Of a stretch of DNA of 33,394 bases, positions 1-9,413 are shown piece after piece. Made by a program: the position numbers and the translations under genes. The stretch spans positions 1-33,394 of IMG/VR virus record IMGVR_UViG_3300017778_007071. The stretch is one strand, 5' to 3'. The notes below the pieces were generated by a model that saw only the letters and a program-made list of their open reading frames with translations, was not told the origin of the DNA and did not search any database. Position 1 is the first letter of the stretch. Every line of letters starts with the position of its first letter. The stretch comes from a virus (Duplodnaviria; Caudoviricetes).

Positions 1-291
1 GACGGCAATGTGATGACTCTCCTCTCGAGCGGAAACATCGTTGCCCGGCTTGATGTTAACAACGACGCCGCAGGTCATCGGTTCATCGTGCAGGATTACA
101 CAGGGGCGTCACAGTTCTTTGTTAGTGAAGACGGTAACACAGAGCTTACCGGCAGCTTCACAGCAACAGGATCAATCAAAGCGCTTTCTGGGTTTAGCGG
201 ATCACTGACAAAGCTGGCTGACGGGACAGATTATCTCATCGCTGGCTCAAATATCACTCTGGGTCTCTGTCTCATGTCTTTCTCTCATTAA
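1..291 (+). CDS. 3' part of a virion structural/fibre-like protein, open at the window edge and possibly truncated near nt 260
   Basis: Frame 1 is open from nt 1 (DGNVMTLLSSGN...). Beta-rich G/S/T sequence (ELTGSFTATGSIKALSGFSGSLTKLADGTDYLIAGSNITL) then an out-of-character tail GLCLMSFSH and stop. Confidence 0.6.
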   Translation, partial: DGNVMTLLSSGNIVARLDVNNDAAGHRFIVQDYTGASQFFVSEDGNTELTGSFTATGSIKALSGFSGSLTKLADGTDYLIAGSNITLGLCLMSFSH

Positions 292-398
292 CAACTCTAC
301 TGATGCTTCAAAAATTGAACAAAGCCACCGTGGCTGTTCGCAGCGGCTGCCTCAGCTCGCTCTTTAGTGGTCTCAGTCATCTCAAGCTCTGTCTTGTT

Positions 399-422
399 AA
401 GAGTAAAAATAAGAGTAAAAAT
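399..422. repeat. 12-bp tandem repeat AAGAGTAAAAAT x2, with a third partial copy AAGAGTAAA at 475-483
   Basis: Read directly: 399-410 and 411-422 are identical. Confidence 0.85.
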
Positions 423-473
423 ATTCTACTGCTACAGTTCTAAAAGATTGATGGAACCAATGTTTCAGCCCTT

Positions 474-503
474 GAAGAGTAAATCTGGATTTGGAGACTC
501 TTC
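474..503. other. Inverted repeat / potential hairpin in the intergenic gap
   Basis: GAAGAGT (474-480) pairs with ACTCTTC (497-503). Inner AAATC (481-485) pairs with GATTT (488-492). Confidence 0.45.
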
Positions 504-558
504 TGTTGATAGTGCTAAAGCTTCTAAACTAAGCTCTTTCCGCTGGTTATAGTTTTGT

Positions 559-1473
559 GTGTTTAACAGCCCATTTCAAACTCAGAGAGTAATCCCTGCG
601 TCCACAAAACTTATCTTTGTCCAGGATTTTTTCCTTTCCGACTTGGTTGGAGGGGCTGAGCTATCCATGGATGCTCTTCACAGAAGCTCTCCAATTCAGT
701 TTCTTGCGATCAGAAGCAGCGATCTGACCCAGAGCATCATAAATGAGGGCCGGCATGCTCATTGGGTTTTTGGAAATTTTGCGGCCCTGAATCCAGAGCT
801 CATCATAGCATTTCAGAGGGAGAGAATCAGCTACTCTATCTTTGAGCATGACTATAAGTTCTGTCGATGGAGATCGGTCGAGAGACATTTCCACGAAGGT
901 GGCGAGATCTGCCGCTGTGAGCTTGAGCCGTGGGGTAAGCTCATCGAGAGCTTCTTCATGAACGCGAAGCAGGTCTGGTTCTGCTCACAGCGTCATATGC
1001 AGAGGTATTTCGATAGATTTCCGAGTCTAGCTTCAGCTAACTGCTCCGTTCTATCTGCGGTATTTGGAGAGGAATTCTTTCACAAGATTGTTCCTCTCGT
1101 TCAGTCATTGTCTTCGCGAAAGAAGTCAGGTTGGTTGACCCTTGACTCCGGCTCTTGGATCAAGGGAACTGACGATGCAAAGCGGTGGCTTGAAGAGAAC
1201 GGCAAGAGCTACTCTCTGATCAAGGGTATGACGCCAGATCAAGTTCTTGAGGCGATGGCTGGAGCCGAGGGATTTATCTGTCTTCCTCGCGGAGCTGACG
1301 TCTCAAACAGGATGGTCACTGAAGCGAAGCTGCTCGGATGTCATGTCGTGACCAACGAGCACGTTCAGCATGTCGGCGAAGAGTGGCTTGAGCATCCAGA
1401 CGTGAACTTCACACTGCAGTGGCTCTATAATCGAAGAGAAGTCTTTTGGAAAAGAACTCTGGAGTTAATTTGA
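559..1473 (+). CDS. GT-B fold glycosyltransferase (GT4-like)
   Basis: N-terminal GGAE motif, HDY motif, and C-terminal ICLPRGADVSNRMVTEAKLLGC matching the GT4 E-x7-E donor-binding region. GTG start. Confidence 0.72.
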   Translation: MFNSPFQTQRVIPASTKLIFVQDFFLSDLVGGAELSMDALHRSSPIQFLAIRSSDLTQSIINEGRHAHWVFGNFAALNPELIIAFQRERISYSIFEHDYKFCRWRSVERHFHEGGEICRCELEPWGKLIESFFMNAKQVWFCSQRHMQRYFDRFPSLASANCSVLSAVFGEEFFHKIVPLVQSLSSRKKSGWLTLDSGSWIKGTDDAKRWLEENGKSYSLIKGMTPDQVLEAMAGAEGFICLPRGADVSNRMVTEAKLLGCHVVTNEHVQHVGEEWLEHPDVNFTLQWLYNRREVFWKRTLELI

Positions 1474-2237
1474 TCTCAAGCTTTAAGATTGTTGTTCCGG
1501 TTCGCAACGCAAGAAATTGGATTTCAAAATGCATTCTTTCGATTGCTGAGCAGCAGTATCAGGGACCATGGAGTTGTATTATCATTGATGATGGGTCCGA
1601 TGATGGAACACAGGAGAAGATTGAAGCTACTCTTGGGTCTCTGTCGCCAGGAGTTATGTCACACTTCTCTGTCAAGTTAAACTCGACCAGAAAGGGAGCT
1701 CTTGAGAATTTCGTAGATGGATTCAAGCTTCTAGGATCCGAGGATGAACCCGAATCCGTCCTGATTCAGATCGATGGAGATGACTGGCTCTACGGCCCAA
1801 TGGTCTTTCAGATCATTCATCAGGCTTACGAGCAGACAGGGTGCTGGATGACCTGGGGAAGCTACGCTGAATGGCCTACCGGGGCTCCGGGCATGGCGCA
1901 ACCGATGCCAGTCGAATGGCATTGGTCTCGTGATTATCGATCTAGACCCTGGGTGATGAGTCATCTAAGAACTTTTAAGTCTCACTTGTGGCACTCTGTA
2001 AAAGATGATGATTTGCGTGATTCTGAGGGCAAGTATTATGACGTAACGTGGGATCTAGCTCACATGTTTCCGATGATAGAGATGTCAGGAACTAGAAGCT
2101 TGTTCATCCCATACATTCTGTACTGCTACAACAGGAACAACCCATTGTCTGATGACAAGATCTATCGAGAGCGTCAACTCAGGTTTGAATCTGAAATTCG
2201 TTCTCGGCCGCCTTATAAGCTTAAGAGCGATCGATGA
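1470..2237 (+). CDS. Glycosyltransferase family 2
   Basis: IVVPVRNA, IIDDGSDD and IDGDDWL (DxD) motifs. Start moved to TTG 1470, which overlaps the upstream TGA and has GGAG at 1461-1464. Confidence 0.9.
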   Translation: MISSFKIVVPVRNARNWISKCILSIAEQQYQGPWSCIIIDDGSDDGTQEKIEATLGSLSPGVMSHFSVKLNSTRKGALENFVDGFKLLGSEDEPESVLIQIDGDDWLYGPMVFQIIHQAYEQTGCWMTWGSYAEWPTGAPGMAQPMPVEWHWSRDYRSRPWVMSHLRTFKSHLWHSVKDDDLRDSEGKYYDVTWDLAHMFPMIEMSGTRSLFIPYILYCYNRNNPLSDDKIYRERQLRFESEIRSRPPYKLKSDR

Positions 2238-3022
2238 TAGATTTTCTTGTTTTCTCTAGGAATAGACCTCTGCAGCTTCACGCTCTTATTTCTTCAATGA
2301 AGAAGTACGCGAGCGGTGAGTACACAGTGAGCGTTCTACACAGGTACGATGATGATTTTGTCAGATCTCTAAAACAGATCATGCTCGAGTTTCCTGATGT
2401 ATCTTTCATTGAGCAGACAAACTTTAGAGAAAACGTGCTTCAATGGATTGAAAAAAGCGAAGATCATTGTTCTTTCTTGGTAGATGATATTGTATTCAAA
2501 GATCATGTAGACCTTAACGTCGTTAGCAGCGTCATGTCGAACAATCCGATCCTTTGTTTTTCTCTTCGTCTTGGTTTACACCTAACAAGGTGCTACACTC
2601 TAGACAAAGATCAACCAGTTCCTGACGGCTCAGTTCATTCGAACATGTTCGTGTGGAACTGGAAAAATTCAAAGTTTGACTGGAACTATCCATTCTCCGT
2701 TGACGGTCATATCTTCAGGTCTGCCGAGATGAAGTTGTGGACGTCTATGATCAACTACAACAATCCGAATCAGTTTGAGGACACTCTACAACTTATTTCT
2801 AGATCGATGAAAATTTATGATAATTGCGCTTGCTTCGTTAGATCAAAGATCTTTAATATTCCAATGAACAGAGTTCAAGATGAATATCTGAACAGGCACG
2901 GTGACGTTGACTCTAAGCAGATGCTGAAAATCTGGGAAAGCGGTAAGAGAATAGATTACATAAAATTTTTCAATACGTCAAACGATGGAGCGCACTCCAT
3001 TGTTGACTTAGCGCTAAAATAG
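2234..3022 (+). CDS. Putative GT-A fold glycosyltransferase
   Basis: FLVFSRNRPLQL start (GT2-like first strand and helix) and FLVDD acidic motif. ATGA-coupled to the upstream GT2. Confidence 0.62.
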   Translation: MIDFLVFSRNRPLQLHALISSMKKYASGEYTVSVLHRYDDDFVRSLKQIMLEFPDVSFIEQTNFRENVLQWIEKSEDHCSFLVDDIVFKDHVDLNVVSSVMSNNPILCFSLRLGLHLTRCYTLDKDQPVPDGSVHSNMFVWNWKNSKFDWNYPFSVDGHIFRSAEMKLWTSMINYNNPNQFEDTLQLISRSMKIYDNCACFVRSKIFNIPMNRVQDEYLNRHGDVDSKQMLKIWESGKRIDYIKFFNTSNDGAHSIVDLALK

Positions 3023-3030
3023 GAGCTTAC

Positions 3031-4515
3031 ATGCTAGTTGACATAAATCAGATCATCTCTCACTTCAAAATTGAGAAAAGAGGAATACTTCATATCGGAG
3101 CTCACTACGGTCAGGAAGTCAGCTCATACAAGAGCTTAGGGTTTAATAACATCGTTGCTTTTGAAGCTTCAAAGAAAAACTTTGAAATTCTAAGGGACAG
3201 AGTAAAAGGCTCTGATACAATTCTTGTCAACAAAGCTTTAGGCCCAAAGAAAGGAACTTGCACTCTGCACGTAGAGTCAAAAAATGAAGGGATGTCGAAC
3301 AGTCTGCTCGAGCCGAAGCTTCACCTTCAGCAATATCCTCACATAGAATTTAAAGATGTCGAAGAAGTTGAGATGGTGACGCTTGACTCGTGGGTCGAGA
3401 GCAATGCAAATTTTTCGAGCTTCAATTTCATCTGCATGGACGTCCAGGGATACGAATTTGAAGTATTACTGGGTTCCACGGAAACTCTTAAGAGCATCGA
3501 TTGTCTAGTTTGCGAAGTCAATAGAGCTGAGCTTTACAAAAACGGTGCGTTTATAACTGAAGTAGATTTGTTCTTGAGAACTTTCGGTTTACGACGCGTT
3601 GTCACAAACTGGGAAGGGCAGACGTGGGGAGACGCTTGTTACGTTAGAGACACGTATTTTGCAAAATCAAACACGACAATGCCGAAGATCGGATTGGTCG
3701 ACATAAATTTTGCTCATAGTCAACCTGAATTAGGCTTCGATTCTGCATGTTTGTTGCCAACAGCGAGATTTGATTGGGAAAGAAACATTAGAAGCATTCT
3801 CCTTGATCAAGACACTAAGCTGGTAACTTTTACAGACCAGATGATCGAAAATGTTGATATCATCAATGGAAAGGCTAAAGTAGCATGGATAATAGAGCCT
3901 GAGGAAATTAATCCGAATATTCGTCAGCGTGTGTTGCAGGTATCCAATAAATTTGATGCCATCTTGACTCACGATAAGAAGCTCATTTCTATGATTCCCA
4001 ATGGAAGATATTGTTCGGTGGCAAGCTCGTGGATTCATCCTACCGAATGGTTTGTGAATGATAAAAGCAAGAGCGTCTCGATAATAGCCAGCAAAAAGAA
4101 TCAAACGTCGGGTCATGTACTAAGACATCAGGCCGCTAGCCTCATTGATGAAAGTCATCGATACGGTGGAGCTTACAGGCCCATAAGCAATAAAATTGAA
4201 GCACTACGAGATTACAAGTTTTCAATTGCTATCGAAAATTGCAGACAAGACGGGTTCTTTACTGAAAAAATCATAGATCCGATGATAGTAGGAACCGTTC
4301 CAATCTACTGGGGTTGTTCAGATATCGGAGAGTACTTTGATATTCGTGGAATACTAACTTTCGATAACATCGATGAACTCTCTAAGATTTTATCGATGGA
4401 TATTGAGTCGTGGTATAATAGCAGAAAAGAGTACATCGAGTCTAACTCAAAGCTAGCAAGACGATTTTCGTCATGCGACGAGCTTTTCCTTGCATCTATT
4501 GTCGGAGTTTCATAA
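3031..4515 (+). CDS. Fusion of an FkbM-family methyltransferase (N-term) and a GT10 alpha-1,3/4-fucosyltransferase-like domain (C-term)
   Basis: N-term HIGAHYGQE...AFEA...MDVQGYEFEVLLG (FkbM). C-term YKFSIAIENCRQDGFFTEKIIDPMIVGTVPIYWG (GT10 signature). RBS AGGAG upstream. Confidence 0.88.
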   Translation: MLVDINQIISHFKIEKRGILHIGAHYGQEVSSYKSLGFNNIVAFEASKKNFEILRDRVKGSDTILVNKALGPKKGTCTLHVESKNEGMSNSLLEPKLHLQQYPHIEFKDVEEVEMVTLDSWVESNANFSSFNFICMDVQGYEFEVLLGSTETLKSIDCLVCEVNRAELYKNGAFITEVDLFLRTFGLRRVVTNWEGQTWGDACYVRDTYFAKSNTTMPKIGLVDINFAHSQPELGFDSACLLPTARFDWERNIRSILLDQDTKLVTFTDQMIENVDIINGKAKVAWIIEPEEINPNIRQRVLQVSNKFDAILTHDKKLISMIPNGRYCSVASSWIHPTEWFVNDKSKSVSIIASKKNQTSGHVLRHQAASLIDESHRYGGAYRPISNKIEALRDYKFSIAIENCRQDGFFTEKIIDPMIVGTVPIYWGCSDIGEYFDIRGILTFDNIDELSKILSMDIESWYNSRKEYIESNSKLARRFSSCDELFLASIVGVS

Positions 4516-5228
4516 TGTTAAGTTTGGTCACAGGAACATTAAATAGACGCAGTTTGCTACCAGGTTTATTGGAAAATACAATCTTCGCAAACGAAAATTT
4601 GGAACTAGTGCTAGTTGATGGTGGATCGCAAGATGGAACTTTGGAGTTCTTGAAGAGCGTAAATCATCCTAGATTAAAGTTAGTTGAGGTTGGTAAGAGA
4701 ACGTCATGCCCTCATTTTGTTAATCTTGGAATCAGGTCAGCAAGCCATGAATACATCTGCCAGTGGAACGATGACGTCCTTCTTGTCAATGATTGGAACG
4801 AAGTTCTGGAAGAGATCAAAAATCCAAATTTTGATTCATGGATTTTTTCCTGGCAATATCTGCCCATCAATGAAATGAAAAACAAACAGCTCCAAGACTC
4901 GATGACTTGGAACTTGTGCAATACGAAAGACTCTGATCTGAACGGAGAGATAGTTCTCAATTACGGAATCTTTAAGAAAGATCTCTTTAGAAAATTTGGA
5001 ATGTTCGACAGCAACTTTCATTTCTACTACTCTGATGGAGAGCTTACTCATCGATACTATGAACTAGGAGTAAAGTTCAAGAACTGTCATAACATCCGCG
5101 TTGCTTCGATTTCAGGAGTTCCAAAATCTTCTCCTCATCCCCCACAATCTCAATGGGACTATTATGTCCTTTGCAGGCAGCACCACATCAAGAAGCAATT
5201 CCAGTCTCATCTCGAGTTTCTCACATGA
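4515..5228 (+). CDS. Glycosyltransferase family 2
   Basis: LVTGTLNR, LVDGGSQDGT, NLGIRSASHEYICQWNDD and FDSNFHFYYSD motifs. ATG 4515 sits in a TAATG overlap. Confidence 0.88.
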   Translation: MLSLVTGTLNRRSLLPGLLENTIFANENLELVLVDGGSQDGTLEFLKSVNHPRLKLVEVGKRTSCPHFVNLGIRSASHEYICQWNDDVLLVNDWNEVLEEIKNPNFDSWIFSWQYLPINEMKNKQLQDSMTWNLCNTKDSDLNGEIVLNYGIFKKDLFRKFGMFDSNFHFYYSDGELTHRYYELGVKFKNCHNIRVASISGVPKSSPHPPQSQWDYYVLCRQHHIKKQFQSHLEFLT

Positions 5229-5881
5229 AAGTAATAAGCTACAGCCTCTACGGAAATGATCCGATGTATTGCGCAGGAGCAATAAAAAACGCAGAACTAG
5301 TCAAAGAGAAGTATCCTGGGTGGAAATGCTTAGTCTGGTTCAACGATACGGTTCCTAAAGATGTCATAGAAAAGTTATCAAAGTTTGACAACGTGATGTT
5401 GGTAGACATGTCTAACTCTCATATTCCAGGTATGTACTGGAGATTCATGTGTCTCGATATAGCCGAAATAGAAGTGTTTTGTGTGAGAGACGCAGATTCA
5501 AGGATCACTGACCGTGAAGTGAAAGCTGTGGATGACTGGTTGAGTAAAAACAAAACTTTGCATTTGATGAGAGATCACCCCCACCACAATTATCCAGTGA
5601 TGGGAGGGATGTGGGGCTTTAGAAACGATCGATCAAATTGGAAGATAGCCCAGCGTCTCGAGTATTGGCTTCAAAATTATCGAAAGTCTTTCACGAAGAT
5701 GGATGATATGGACTTCATTTCCCACATATACGTCGATTATCAAGAAGATTGTGTTGTTCACGATGATTGGAAAAGATGCAAAAACTCCATATCATTTCCG
5801 ACCGAAAGATCCGATAAGACGTTTGTCGGTCAGACATTTTTCGCTGATGAAAGCACAACAGATCACTGGAGGCTTCTGTGA
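5225..5881 (+). CDS. Hypothetical protein, putative GT-A glycosyltransferase
   Basis: ISYSLYG...Y..GAIKN, GMYWRF, RDADSR (DxD) and RDHPHH..VMGGMWG. ATG 5225 sits in an ATGA overlap. Confidence 0.55.
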   Translation: MKVISYSLYGNDPMYCAGAIKNAELVKEKYPGWKCLVWFNDTVPKDVIEKLSKFDNVMLVDMSNSHIPGMYWRFMCLDIAEIEVFCVRDADSRITDREVKAVDDWLSKNKTLHLMRDHPHHNYPVMGGMWGFRNDRSNWKIAQRLEYWLQNYRKSFTKMDDMDFISHIYVDYQEDCVVHDDWKRCKNSISFPTERSDKTFVGQTFFADESTTDHWRLL

Positions 5882-6630
5882 AAACTAGCTTAGTGATACC
5901 TTGCACTCCTGAGCACTTCATTAACATATCAATGATCTTGTTCCATTACGCCAGCGGAACTAAGATTCCAGACGAAGTTGTTGTCTCTTTGTCTAATTCA
6001 AACTTCTTAAATTCTGGAATGTTGGATTTAGTAGAAAGAACTTTCAACGAAAAATTTGCATCTTTCAAGATTCTTAAGCACGACAGAAAGCTATCACACG
6101 GTCCGAATAGGCAAGCTGGATCAGATGGGTCAACAGGAGATTTACTGATTTACGCTGATGCTGATGACGTTCCTCATCTCAAGCGTGTTGAAACAATACA
6201 TCACTTTTTTTCAAGCTTTGATATCGTTCATCTAAATCACTGGTGGTGTAGGGAAGATTTCAAGTTTAAAGATTTTTCTCTTGATGATGTCACCTATATC
6301 GACTCTCAAAAATTGAATGAAACTTATTTCTTTCACAATGATCTAAATAGAGTTCGAGTAGAGACTCCCGGCGGCTACGGTAGCATGTTCGGAAGAGTAC
6401 ACGGAGGAAATCTCGCAATCAAACGTGATGTTTTAGAAAAAGTTCGTTGGAAAGATTGGAATGAGCTTCAATTCGGACCAGCGGAAGATTGGGAATTTTG
6501 CGTTGAGACCTTGTTTCACTTTAAGAAGTCTATGATTCTGAATGCAGATTTAATAAAATACGTCTCTGATAGCGCTAGAAACTTCCCAGCTGAGGTTCAC
6601 ATTCCTAGAACTCTATCAGCTTCTATGTAG
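5878..6630 (+). CDS. Glycosyltransferase family 2-like
   Basis: SLVIPC, GPNRQAG..GDLLIYADADD (DxD) and the late AEDWEF motif typical of GT2. Confidence 0.75.
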   Translation: MKTSLVIPCTPEHFINISMILFHYASGTKIPDEVVVSLSNSNFLNSGMLDLVERTFNEKFASFKILKHDRKLSHGPNRQAGSDGSTGDLLIYADADDVPHLKRVETIHHFFSSFDIVHLNHWWCREDFKFKDFSLDDVTYIDSQKLNETYFFHNDLNRVRVETPGGYGSMFGRVHGGNLAIKRDVLEKVRWKDWNELQFGPAEDWEFCVETLFHFKKSMILNADLIKYVSDSARNFPAEVHIPRTLSASM

Positions 6631-6643
6631 AAAGCGCACGAAA

Positions 6644-6672
6644 TTGTAAAATTACGAAGTTCATGCTAGATT
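6644..6672 (+). promoter_or_regulatory. Sigma70-like promoter upstream of the split transketolase
   Basis: TTGTAA (6644-6649), 17-nt spacer, then TAGATT (6667-6672) preceded by an extended -10 TG, in an AT-rich intergenic gap. Confidence 0.55.
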
Positions 6673-6687
6673 TTATTAGGTAATTTA

Positions 6688-7443
6688 ATGAACAAAAAAA
6701 CAAGAAAGCTAAGAGCAAAGATACTAAAAACTTCGCACATCGCAAAAGCTGGGCACGTAGCAAGTGCATTCTCAATACTCGAGATACTGCATACGTTGTA
6801 TAACGAAATGTCGATAGATGATGAGTTTATCCTTAGCAAAGGACATGGAAGTTTGGGTCTTTACGCAGTTCTTTGGGATATGGGATTCATCACAGAAGAG
6901 CAGCTAGACTCATTCGGAAAATACGACTCAATTCTAGGTGGGCATCCAGATAGGAACAAAGTTCCTAAAGTAGCAGCTTCCACAGGCTCTCTTGGGCATG
7001 GACTTCCAATAGCTGTCGGACTAGCATTTTCTAAGACTCTGCAAAAGAAAAGCGGTGCAGTATATTGCCTAGTGGGAGACGGAGAATGCAATGAAGGATC
7101 CGTCTGGGAATCAGCAATACTGGCCAAGCATTTGAATCTAACAAACTTGGTTTGTATTGTTGACAATAACAGTTCACAGATTAGATCTGTTCCCACGTCA
7201 GACATACATCAAAAATTCGAGAGCTTCGGATTTAACGTTGTCAACGTAGAAGATGGTCATGACATCGAACAGCTGAGGCAAGCTCTTAAACTTGATTCTG
7301 CAGTAGCGTCTCCGACTTGCATCATTTGCAACACGGTGAAAGGCTATGGGGTCGGGTCAATCTCCAGTGATATGTTCGCGTGGCATCATAGACCACCAAC
7401 CTCTGATGAGTTGTCAGCCTTTCTAAAGGAGCTTGAGTCATGA
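6688..7443 (+). CDS. Transketolase-like protein, N-terminal (TPP-binding) subunit
   Basis: GH..SAFS, FILSKGH, LGGHP, STGSLGHGL, the TPP motif GDGECNEG...DNN, and TVKGYG...WH. Confidence 0.93.
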   Translation: MNKKTRKLRAKILKTSHIAKAGHVASAFSILEILHTLYNEMSIDDEFILSKGHGSLGLYAVLWDMGFITEEQLDSFGKYDSILGGHPDRNKVPKVAASTGSLGHGLPIAVGLAFSKTLQKKSGAVYCLVGDGECNEGSVWESAILAKHLNLTNLVCIVDNNSSQIRSVPTSDIHQKFESFGFNVVNVEDGHDIEQLRQALKLDSAVASPTCIICNTVKGYGVGSISSDMFAWHHRPPTSDELSAFLKELES

Positions 7444-8345
7444 GACAGCAGTTTGCAAAATCTTCTTTGGACATAGCTGGGAAAGATTCTCAAATGATGA
7501 TGTTGATTGGAGACATTAGTCACCATCTACTTCGAGATTTTGAGAGCAGATTCCCGAATAAGTTCACGAACGCAGGAATCTGCGAGCAAGCTCTAGTCGG
7601 CATGGCATCCGGCATGGCAATAGGCGGTATGAGACCTATCGTTCATACGATAGCTCCGTTTTGCGTTGAAAGAGCGTTCGAGCAGATCAAAGTTGATCTT
7701 TGCTATCAAAATGTTGACGTAACGATTATTTCTGTCGGTAGCTCTTTTGATTATGCTTCTCTAGGATGCACTCATCATTGCTATGAAGATGTTGCTATCT
7801 TACGATCTCTTCCACGGATGCAGGTGTTCGTACCTGGAAGCTCTAAAGAATTTGATCACATGCTGAAGTCAACATGGGGAAACGGATCACCGAAGTATTT
7901 CAAGCTGTCCACTAGAGAGCATAATATCGATACGATATGCGAGCCTTTTAAGGTGTCTGTTGTCAAATCGAGCGCAAACAGCAAGGGTACGGTAATCGTT
8001 AATGGTCATCTTCTACAGGACGTTTGCGATGTTGAAAACGTCGATGTGATCTACACATCAACTTTGTCATCGTTGGACGATGAATCGAAGTTGATATTAA
8101 GGGAATCGGTGGCGCGGACAGGTCGAATCGTTACTATCGAAGAAAATTCTGTCGTAGGCGGATTGGCAGACCTAGTGAGCGATTCTATCTTTGATAACTC
8201 AAATATCAATCTCAAGTCTTTCCAAAGAATCGGAATCCCTCGTCAGTTTTTGACAAATTATGGAACGGCTGATGAGCATAGGAAGTCTTTGGGTTTAACA
8301 CGTGATGCGTTAGTATCCAAAATAAGAAAGGCTTGTGGAGAATAG
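7440..8345 (+). CDS. Transketolase-like protein, C-terminal (pyrimidine-binding) subunit
   Basis: NAGICEQALVGMASG, RAFEQIKVD, GCTHHCYED and IEENSVVGGL motifs. ATGA-coupled to the N-terminal subunit. Confidence 0.92.
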   Translation: MRQQFAKSSLDIAGKDSQMMMLIGDISHHLLRDFESRFPNKFTNAGICEQALVGMASGMAIGGMRPIVHTIAPFCVERAFEQIKVDLCYQNVDVTIISVGSSFDYASLGCTHHCYEDVAILRSLPRMQVFVPGSSKEFDHMLKSTWGNGSPKYFKLSTREHNIDTICEPFKVSVVKSSANSKGTVIVNGHLLQDVCDVENVDVIYTSTLSSLDDESKLILRESVARTGRIVTIEENSVVGGLADLVSDSIFDNSNINLKSFQRIGIPRQFLTNYGTADEHRKSLGLTRDALVSKIRKACGE

Positions 8346-8348
8346 AAG

Positions 8349-9413
8349 TTGACAGCATACAATAGAGATGTTATCCTCTCTGATTGCTCGAACCTAACGC
8401 TAAAATTAGGTAGCAAAAAATTGGATCGTTTTTTAGGAAAGTCCGTCCTAATCTTAGGAGCGAACGGATTGGTGGGTGGATTTTTAGCAGATTTTTTTGC
8501 TCAACTCAATGATCGTCTTGATTTAAATGTCAAGATATCTTTGTCGTCCTTAAGTGAGCCAAGTGAGGCTGAGCGCTTAAAGTCTGTAATCGGCAGGGAC
8601 GACGTTAGATATTTCTCATGGGATCTATCGAAGCCAGTGCCAGCAGAGTTTCTAAGTACCTATGACTACGTTTTCTTTTGCGCAGGATACGGTCAGCCTA
8701 AAAAGTTCATCAAGAACAAGATGGGAACCATATTTCTAAACACTGTCGGTTTAGACTCTCTTCTTGAGCATTGCGCTAACCAAAACGTAGATTGCAATTT
8801 CCTCTATCTAAGCAGCAGCGAGATTTACGGAAATCCTGACGGAGATAACGTACCAACTTCTGAAAAATACAATGGTAACTACTCTGTTGAGAGCAATCGA
8901 GCCTGCTACATCTCAGCGAAGAGACTGGGAGAAGTGATTTGCCTTGAACGAGGCAGAAGTCATTCGAATTTAAAGACTAGGATAGCTAGACTTGCACTCG
9001 CTTACGGTCCCGGAGTTTTAAGCAGCGATGACAGAGTGATGCAAGAATTTGTTTTTCGAGCTATGAAAGAATCAAAGATTCAACTGCTTGATTCTGGAGA
9101 TGCTCAAAGAAATTACATCTACATTGCCGACTGCGCGGAAATGTTAATAAACATTATCCTTGACGGTCGTAGTGATGTGTACAACGTAGGAAGCGCAGGA
9201 GACCAAGTCTCAATTCTGCAACTTGCTCAGAAAGTCGCCTCTATGTATGAAGCCAGCGTCAGTTGCGGTGAAAAGAAGTCTGAAGCTGTGATAGCTGCTC
9301 CGAACTGCGTAGCGCTTGATGTTGCAAAGTACGATGAAGAGTTCGGCTCAATAGAAAATCCAATTCGACTGGACGGAGGTCTTGCTAATCTCAGAAAGTG
9401 GTTGGAAACTTAA
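8349..9413 (+). CDS. NAD-dependent nucleotide-sugar epimerase/dehydratase, UDP-glucuronate decarboxylase (UXS)-like
   Basis: GANGLVG Rossmann motif, LSSSEIYG, and RACYISAKR (YxxxK in a UXS-like context), plus RNYIYIAD. Confidence 0.82.
   Translation: MTAYNRDVILSDCSNLTLKLGSKKLDRFLGKSVLILGANGLVGGFLADFFAQLNDRLDLNVKISLSSLSEPSEAERLKSVIGRDDVRYFSWDLSKPVPAEFLSTYDYVFFCAGYGQPKKFIKNKMGTIFLNTVGLDSLLEHCANQNVDCNFLYLSSSEIYGNPDGDNVPTSEKYNGNYSVESNRACYISAKRLGEVICLERGRSHSNLKTRIARLALAYGPGVLSSDDRVMQEFVFRAMKESKIQLLDSGDAQRNYIYIADCAEMLINIILDGRSDVYNVGSAGDQVSILQLAQKVASMYEASVSCGEKKSEAVIAAPNCVALDVAKYDEEFGSIENPIRLDGGLANLRKWLET

Noticed and set aside
267-273. CTGTCTC resembling the start of a Nextera adapter near the suspected junction
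   Set aside because: Only 7 nt match and the following bases diverge from the adapter.
367-552. 61-aa ORF in the first intergenic gap, and a 27-aa minus-strand ORF starting at 380
   Set aside because: No RBS, crosses the tandem repeat and has no protein-like features. Not supportable as genes.
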